A stretch of DNA of 8,290 nucleotides. Origin: Nanopusillaceae archaeon (GTDB lineage: Archaea > Nanobdellota > Nanobdellia > Nanobdellales > Nanobdellaceae). Within the stretch, counting starts at the first letter, position 1. Each line of letters starts with the position of its first letter. The notes below the pieces were generated by a model. The model ran no database searches, was not told where the DNA came from, and saw only the letters and a list, made by a program, of their open reading frames with translations. The position numbers were made by a program, and so were the translations under genes. The DNA is taken from contig JBMFJL010000024.1 of assembly GCA_049973735.1 (NCBI GenBank), positions 1 through 8,290 of the forward strand, in the 5' to 3' direction. Positions 5,156-8,290 of the stretch are shown in pieces.

Positions 5156-5293
5156 ATGGAAATAGAAAAAGAAAAACTAAAAAAGCTTTTAGAAGATTTT
5201 TTTGACATACTTTTCTTTTTTGGTTTAATAGCAGTAATAATCATGTTTTTATCTCTATTATTTAAACTATTAGGTATACCTATCATTAAATAA
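5156..5293 (+). CDS. Possible 45-aa single-pass membrane protein (below the track cutoff)
   Basis: Hand translation gives MEIEKEKLKKLLEDFFDILFFFGLIAVIIMFLSLLFKLLGIPIIK, a charged N-terminal helix plus one TM helix. It fills an otherwise unexplained 142-nt gap. Against it: there is no consensus BRE/TATA at the right distance, and its 3' end overlaps 5286..5801 by 8 nt. Confidence 0.35.
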   Translation: MEIEKEKLKKLLEDFFDILFFFGLIAVIIMFLSLLFKLLGIPIIK

Positions 5294-5801
5294 AGCAAGA
5301 AATTATTTTATCAATCATTTCATCAACATTGTTTTTTGTTATTTCTATTATTTCATATTTTTCACCATTTATATATAATAGTTTTGCACTTTCAGTTATT
5401 ATTAAATAGTTTTGGTCATTCGCAGAAATTATTTTTGTTGCTTCTTGTATTTTTGTGAATCTAAAATTTTCCGCTTTTATTTTATGTATTTCTTGTTGTA
5501 TTTCATTTATCAACTTTCCTATATTGTTAATAGTTTTGTATAGGAAGTAAAAATTATTTTCATGCGAATAATTATCATATAAATAAACTATAGTTTCTCT
5601 TGCATCATTTAATTTTCTTATCGCTTCTCTTAACATTTTTATCTCTTTTTTATTATATCTTAATTGTCTTAAAATTTTATCTAATTTTTCATCATCATAT
5701 ATATTTAAAACTTCTAAAGCATTTTTTGCGTTTTTTTCTTTAAGTTTCTGAACTATTAAATTTATTGTCTCTTTCAACTCTTTTACTTTTTCATCATTCA
5801 T
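5286..5801 (-). CDS. Hypothetical 171-aa protein, helical N-terminal part and alpha/beta C-terminal part
   Basis: ATG-initiated ORF with a BRE/TATA upstream (5815-5831) and composition like its neighbours. No motif recognised. Confidence 0.75.
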   Translation of the reverse strand: MNDEKVKELKETINLIVQKLKEKNAKNALEVLNIYDDEKLDKILRQLRYNKKEIKMLREAIRKLNDARETIVYLYDNYSHENNFYFLYKTINNIGKLINEIQQEIHKIKAENFRFTKIQEATKIISANDQNYLIITESAKLLYINGEKYEIIEITKNNVDEMIDKIISCFI

Positions 5802-5814
5802 AATATATATAAGA

Positions 5815-5831
5815 TATATAAATATTTTTCG
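5815..5831 (-). promoter_or_regulatory. BRE/TATA promoter for 5286..5801
   Basis: The minus strand reads CGAAAAATATTTATATA. The BRE G is 29 nt from the ATG at 5801. It lies in the 39-nt gap after the stop of 5841..6347. Confidence 0.5.
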
Positions 5832-5840
5832 TTAATATGC

Positions 5841-6347
5841 TTAATGTCCATATCTTAATAGTTCATATTCTTCAACCTCTTCATCGCTAAATTCTAATTC
5901 ATAACCTTTTAAACTATTTATCCAAAACGGGCTTTCTATCATATCTCTAGCATCCCAATACAGTTCATTTAATAATAAGTCTAATTCTACAGCTTTTAAT
6001 TCGTTTTCCCACTCATCATATAAATGTTGTATATAGCTAACCAAATCATAACCTTTTCCTCCGTAGTGTATTGGTAATAAACTGTTTATAAATTCTCCAA
6101 GTGGAATTGTTTTTTCATAACTTATTTCCATCCAAAACGGGTGCGCACCTTTCCCAATTCTTACCACACTAGCCGGATATTGTCCAGTTTTTATCATCCT
6201 TATTAAAACATAATTCGGTTTTCTAATAAACCTTCCGGTATCAATATCTCTTAACATCACATACCTTACTCTTTCTGTTTCATATAGCTCTATTCTTACT
6301 CTTAATTCATCGATCACTGTATACCAAACCAATCTTCTAACTACCAT
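5841..6347 (-). CDS. Hypothetical 168-aa protein with an internal PFW...[HR]YG repeat
   Basis: G+C-richer than average (line 6121-6180 counts 47%). The start overlaps the stop of 6341..6727 by 7 nt. PFW occurs at residues 70-72 and 140-142, exactly 70 aa apart, each followed 21-22 aa later by [HR]-Y-G. No Walker or other catalytic motif recognised. Confidence 0.8.
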   Translation of the reverse strand: MVVRRLVWYTVIDELRVRIELYETERVRYVMLRDIDTGRFIRKPNYVLIRMIKTGQYPASVVRIGKGAHPFWMEISYEKTIPLGEFINSLLPIHYGGKGYDLVSYIQHLYDEWENELKAVELDLLLNELYWDARDMIESPFWINSLKGYELEFSDEEVEEYELLRYGH

Positions 6348-6727
6348 TCGTTTAATATTTCTTCAAGGTCTTTTCTTATCTTTTCCTTGCTTGCAACTTT
6401 ATTATTTTCAAATTTTGCACCGAATAAGTAATTCATCTTTTCAAACCTTTCTCCAATCTTTTTGTATCTAACATAATTTAAACACTCTCTTTTCCAATCA
6501 GAGCCAAGTAATAATTGTAAAATTATTATTTCTAATGGATGAGTAATATTTTCTGCTTTACATTTTATGTGAAATCCATTTTTTGTTTCATACACTTCAA
6601 AATCCCTTATTTTAATGTTTGCATCTTTTTCCAATATTTCTTTTACTGTTTTTATTCTTTCAATAACTTCAGCAATATTTTTATCATCCACATCTATTTT
6701 AATAACTTTTTCAACCATAAAATTCAT
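6341..6727 (-). CDS. 128-aa RRM-like protein with DxD / GxH / sD motifs (candidate minimal AEP/prim-pol-like catalytic module; speculative)
   Basis: VIKI-D12-V-D14-D (nt 6683-6694), ETKNGF-H53-IKC (6569-6571) and LLLGS-D77-W (6497-6499). The predicted order is beta-alpha-beta-beta-alpha. The ORF overlaps the upstream Zn-ribbon gene by 17 nt, or 8 nt if the start is M4 at 6718. The ORF call is solid; the functional call is low confidence. Confidence 0.75.
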   Translation of the reverse strand: MNFMVEKVIKIDVDDKNIAEVIERIKTVKEILEKDANIKIRDFEVYETKNGFHIKCKAENITHPLEIIILQLLLGSDWKRECLNYVRYKKIGERFEKMNYLFGAKFENNKVASKEKIRKDLEEILNEW

Positions 6728-6938
6728 ATTTTATTTCAAATTCTGAGCGAATTTTTTCATAACATTCATCACAAAGGAACATTTCAACTTTTTTAACAAT
6801 CTTCTTCCCTTCATAAAATTTAAAAACAAACTTTTTTAATTTATGTTTTTTTGCTAACTCTTCTATACTTTCTTTTAAATTATTTGTTCTTAATAATTCT
6901 TTTTTACAAACTCCGCAAGCAATTATTAACTCATTCAT
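6711..6938 (-). CDS. Small 4-Cys zinc-ribbon protein, 75 aa
   Basis: CGVC (residues 8-11) and CDEC (56-59) flank a Lys-rich helical/beta segment. A BRE/TATA sits at 6958-6975. Confidence 0.7.
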   Translation of the reverse strand: MNELIIACGVCKKELLRTNNLKESIEELAKKHKLKKFVFKFYEGKKIVKKVEMFLCDECYEKIRSEFEIKYEFYG

Positions 6939-6957
6939 AAATTATAAATACACAAGT

Positions 6958-6975
6958 TATATAAATGCTTTTCGG
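6958..6975 (-). promoter_or_regulatory. BRE/TATA promoter for the 6938-to-5841 operon
   Basis: The minus strand reads CCGAAAAGCATTTATATA and abuts the stop codon of 6976..7209. The BRE G is 35 nt from the ATG at 6938. Confidence 0.55.
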
Positions 6976-7209
6976 TTATAATTTTGTTACTATTAAATAT
7001 ACTTTTTTATCATATCTCTCTATGTCGAAAGCAAAAATTAAAGTATACATTTTACTTTCTAAATAATTTAATAATTTTTTAAATTCTACAACGTTTAAAT
7101 TACTAATATCGAAAACAATATAATCAACTTTTCTTATATCATTTTCAATTTTTTCAATTATTTCATTTGCTTTCATTTGTATATTAATATTCTTTTCTAA
7201 TTTTTTCAT
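6976..7209 (-). CDS. Hypothetical 77-aa protein
   Basis: ATG ORF with an N-terminal helix (KANEIIEKIENDIRK), then alpha/beta (VVEFKKLLNYLESKMYTLIFAFDIERYDKKVYLIV). No oligo-T follows its stop, so read-through into the next gene is likely. Confidence 0.65.
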   Translation of the reverse strand: MKKLEKNINIQMKANEIIEKIENDIRKVDYIVFDISNLNVVEFKKLLNYLESKMYTLIFAFDIERYDKKVYLIVTKL

Positions 7210-7232
7210 TTCTATCTATAACTATTTATAAA

Positions 7233-7254
7233 ATATATATATATATCTTTTCTG
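7233..7254 (-). promoter_or_regulatory. BRE plus (AT)7 TATA promoter for 6976..7209
   Basis: The minus strand reads CAGAAAAG followed by (AT)7 (7233-7246), then 23 nt to the ATG at 7209. Confidence 0.45.
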
Positions 7255-7261
7255 TATCAGT

Positions 7262-7288
7262 AAAAATAAAAAAAAGGAAAAAGAAAGG
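7262..7288 (-). terminator. Oligo-T terminator after 7289..7585
   Basis: The minus strand reads CCTTTCTTTTTCCTTTTTTTTATTTTT starting right after the stop (T5 and T8 runs). Confidence 0.4.
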
Positions 7289-7585
7289 TTATTGAACTTG
7301 TAATATTTCCTTTAGCTCCTGCAAAAACTTTTCTGCTTCTTTTTTGTAATCTTCATATTCGTCTTTAAATAGCGCTTTTTCTGGATCTCTAATATCGCTA
7401 GTTATTTTGGGCTCCACCAAATACTTGTCTGCAACGCTTGCATTTATTATTATTTTTACTTTTCTTCCTGTTCCAAGTTCAACTTCTTTTTCTGCCCTAA
7501 CGTCGTAGTACCACCATCCGTCGTATTTTATGTTGTATATTTTTATTACTGCTTGTATTTGTGTAGTTTTTGTTATCTCTTCCAT
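7289..7585 (-). CDS. Hypothetical 98-aa protein, beta-rich N-terminal domain and acidic helical tail
   Basis: Monocistronic, with its own BRE/TATA and oligo-T terminator. It contains IYNIKYDGWWYYDVRAEKEVELGTGRKVKIIINASV (beta strands) then DPEKALFKDEYEDYKKEAEKFLQELKEIL (helix). No family recognised. Confidence 0.8.
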   Translation of the reverse strand: MEEITKTTQIQAVIKIYNIKYDGWWYYDVRAEKEVELGTGRKVKIIINASVADKYLVEPKITSDIRDPEKALFKDEYEDYKKEAEKFLQELKEILQVQ

Positions 7586-7606
7586 AATATATTAATATAT
7601 ATAAGG

Positions 7607-7624
7607 TATATAAAAGCCTTTCGG
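7607..7624 (-). promoter_or_regulatory. BRE/TATA promoter for 7289..7585
   Basis: The minus strand reads CCGAAAGGCTTTTATATA. The BRE G is 37 nt from the ATG at 7585. The 11 nt before the ATG (ATTAATATATT) are identical to those before ATG 767. Confidence 0.55.
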
Positions 7625-7649
7625 TACAACTAAAAAATAATAAAAATAA

Positions 7650-7690
7650 TATTTATATTAACATGTATTATAATATTAATAATATAAATA
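7650..7690. repeat. 11-bp inverted repeat with a 19-nt spacer inside a long non-coding spacer
   Basis: TATTTATATTA (7650-7660) and TAATATAAATA (7680-7690) are perfect reverse complements. The spacer contains the short palindromes ACATGT, TTATAA and AATATT. The arms are AT-only, so statistical weight is modest. Confidence 0.3.
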
Positions 7691-7765
7691 CGTATATATG
7701 CATTTTTCAAAAGTTGCATTAATTCATATATAAATACATATTATATATAATAATAGTAAAATAAT

Positions 7766-7782
7766 AAAAAAAGGGAAAAAGA
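7766..7782 (-). terminator. Oligo-T terminator after 7783..8091
   Basis: The minus strand reads TCTTTTTCCCTTTTTTT immediately after the stop. The motif is almost the same as at 7262-7288. Confidence 0.4.
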
Positions 7783-8091
7783 TTATAAAACTTTATACTT
7801 CTTATAATACTCCTGTCTGCAGCTTTCGCAGATTACTTCTTTGAGATATAGCATATTACCGACTTTTTCGATTACTGCATACCCGTCGCTTATTATTCCT
7901 TCTAATTTTTTTAAGTCTTCTTCTAACTGTGGGTTAAATACGGGAGCGTTGCAACAATCACAAACTATTGCTTCCTTCTCTATGATTTCATCATCAATTA
8001 TTAGCGGCTTAAGGATATATTTAGCTATTCTTTTAGCTGTTTCTGTTTCTATTACTTTGTTGTTTTTAAAAACTTTAACCAACATTATCAT
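7783..8091 (-). CDS. Small Cys-cluster (putative zinc-binding) protein, 102 aa
   Basis: CDCC (residues 44-47) and CESC (88-91). The C-terminal knuckle VICESCRQEYYKKY resembles FLCDECYEKIRSEF of 6711..6938. The gene is monocistronic with its own promoter and terminator. Confidence 0.8.
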   Translation of the reverse strand: MIMLVKVFKNNKVIETETAKRIAKYILKPLIIDDEIIEKEAIVCDCCNAPVFNPQLEEDLKKLEGIISDGYAVIEKVGNMLYLKEVICESCRQEYYKKYKVL

Positions 8092-8111
8092 AATATTATA
8101 AATATTTAAGT

Positions 8112-8128
8112 TATATAAATCCTTTTCT
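8112..8128 (-). promoter_or_regulatory. BRE/TATA promoter for 7783..8091
   Basis: The minus strand reads AGAAAAGGATTTATATA. The BRE G is 36 nt from the ATG at 8091. A second GATTTATATA copy lies 26 nt further upstream (8138-8147). Confidence 0.5.
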
Positions 8129-8214
8129 ATTCTAAAGTATATAAATCTAGCACTGATCTACTAGAATAATAAACATTAATATTTAATTTCTTTATTTCCT
8201 ATTTCTATTAATTG

Positions 8215-8290
8215 TTATTTTTTATCTTCGTTGTTTCTCAAAGATGTTAAAATTTGTTGTTTATGCTCTTTCTTGTTTTTTGTTTGTGCC
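8215..8290 (-). CDS. Possible 3' end of a gene entering from the right edge
   Basis: This is the longest open reverse frame from the edge: ...AQTKNKKEHKQQILTSLRNNEDKK, with its stop at 8217-8215. Only 24 codons are visible. A competing + ORF starts at 8244. Confidence 0.25.
   Translation of the reverse strand, partial: AQTKNKKEHKQQILTSLRNNEDKK

Noticed and set aside
6341-6727. Rolling-circle HUH Rep reading of the 128-aa protein (FHIKCK as HUH, YVRYKK as the catalytic Tyr motif)
   Set aside because: There is only one His in the putative HUH (H-I-K). No motif I (FxLTxP-like) is present. The Tyr motif does not fit YxxK or YxxxY spacing. The DxD/GxH/sD pattern fits AEP motifs better, though that call is also tentative.
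6539-6796. Track ORF 6539..6796 (+), 85 aa
   Set aside because: It is an antisense shadow of 6341..6727 and 6711..6938 (FCFTFYVKSIFCFIHF...).
7233-7246. (AT)7 microsatellite as a phase-variation switch
   Set aside because: It sits exactly where the TATA box of the 6976..7209 promoter is expected (23 nt from the ATG, directly after a CAGAAAAG BRE). It is most simply the TATA element itself. Slippage-based regulation is possible but unsupported.
7841-8101. Track ORF 7841..8101 (+), 86 aa
   Set aside because: It is an antisense shadow of 7783..8091. The minus ORF has the promoter, the terminator and Cys-motif logic.
8186-8205. Three closely spaced ATTTC(C/T)T motifs (8186, 8194, 8201) as iterons
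   Set aside because: The motifs are short (5-7 nt), imperfect and irregularly spaced (8 and 7 nt) in an AT-rich spacer. This is within chance expectation.
1-8290. CRISPR arrays, tRNA/rRNA genes, att sites, IS elements, P-loop NTPases
   Set aside because: I saw no regularly spaced repeats of 24 nt or more, no G+C-rich cloverleaf-capable segment, no terminal inverted repeats flanking a transposase-like ORF, and no GxxxxGK[ST] in any frame I read. The manual scan could miss degenerate cases.
8244-8290. + strand ORF starting at ATG 8244 (MLKFVVYALSCFLFV..., signal-peptide-like) leaving the right edge
   Set aside because: No BRE/TATA cassette lies upstream. The T-rich strand generically yields F/L/V/C-rich pseudo-peptides. 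It conflicts with the equally weak minus-strand C-terminus at 8215..8290. It cannot be resolved without sequence beyond the edge.

Overview
An 8.29-kb, very AT-rich, tightly packed window. Hand counts of 60-nt lines give about 22% G+C in typical genes and 38-42% in one outlier gene. I support 19 protein-coding genes of 64-279 aa plus 2 low-confidence ones. I found no rRNA, tRNA, CRISPR array, transposase, integrase or P-loop ATPase.

Most genes or short operons are preceded by the same archaeal-type promoter: a GAAAAG-like BRE, a TTTATATA-like TATA box and an AT-rich stretch running into the ATG. The BRE G lies only 29-37 nt from the start codon and no Shine-Dalgarno motif is visible. This implies leaderless or near-leaderless mRNAs. 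Inside operons, starts and stops overlap (ATGA, TTGA, 7-17 nt overlaps).

The K/E/I/N/Y-rich proteins and the promoter grammar suggest an AT-rich thermophilic archaeon (Methanococcales-like or DPANN-like), and most plausibly a plasmid, virus or integrated element of one. This is inference only; no homology search was possible.

Recognisable content:
- two or three small wHTH regulators
- a membrane-anchored, Cys-rich DsbA/thioredoxin-fold oxidoreductase in an operon with two small membrane-anchored proteins
- a strongly basic 114-aa protein on a G+C-richer island with its own promoter and terminator
- two small 4-Cys zinc-ribbon proteins
- a duplicated two-gene cassette (small protein plus ~190-aa protein with a C-terminal HTH)

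Everything else is ORFan-like.

The two candidates for a new system are:
- A minus-strand operon (7209 to 5841) in which a Zn ribbon is translationally coupled to a 128-aa protein. That protein carries DxD / GxH / sD motifs in the order and spacing of archaeo-eukaryotic primase (prim-pol) motifs I-III.
- The paralogous HTH cassettes bracketing the membrane/redox operon.

Both are hypotheses that need structure prediction or profile searches.
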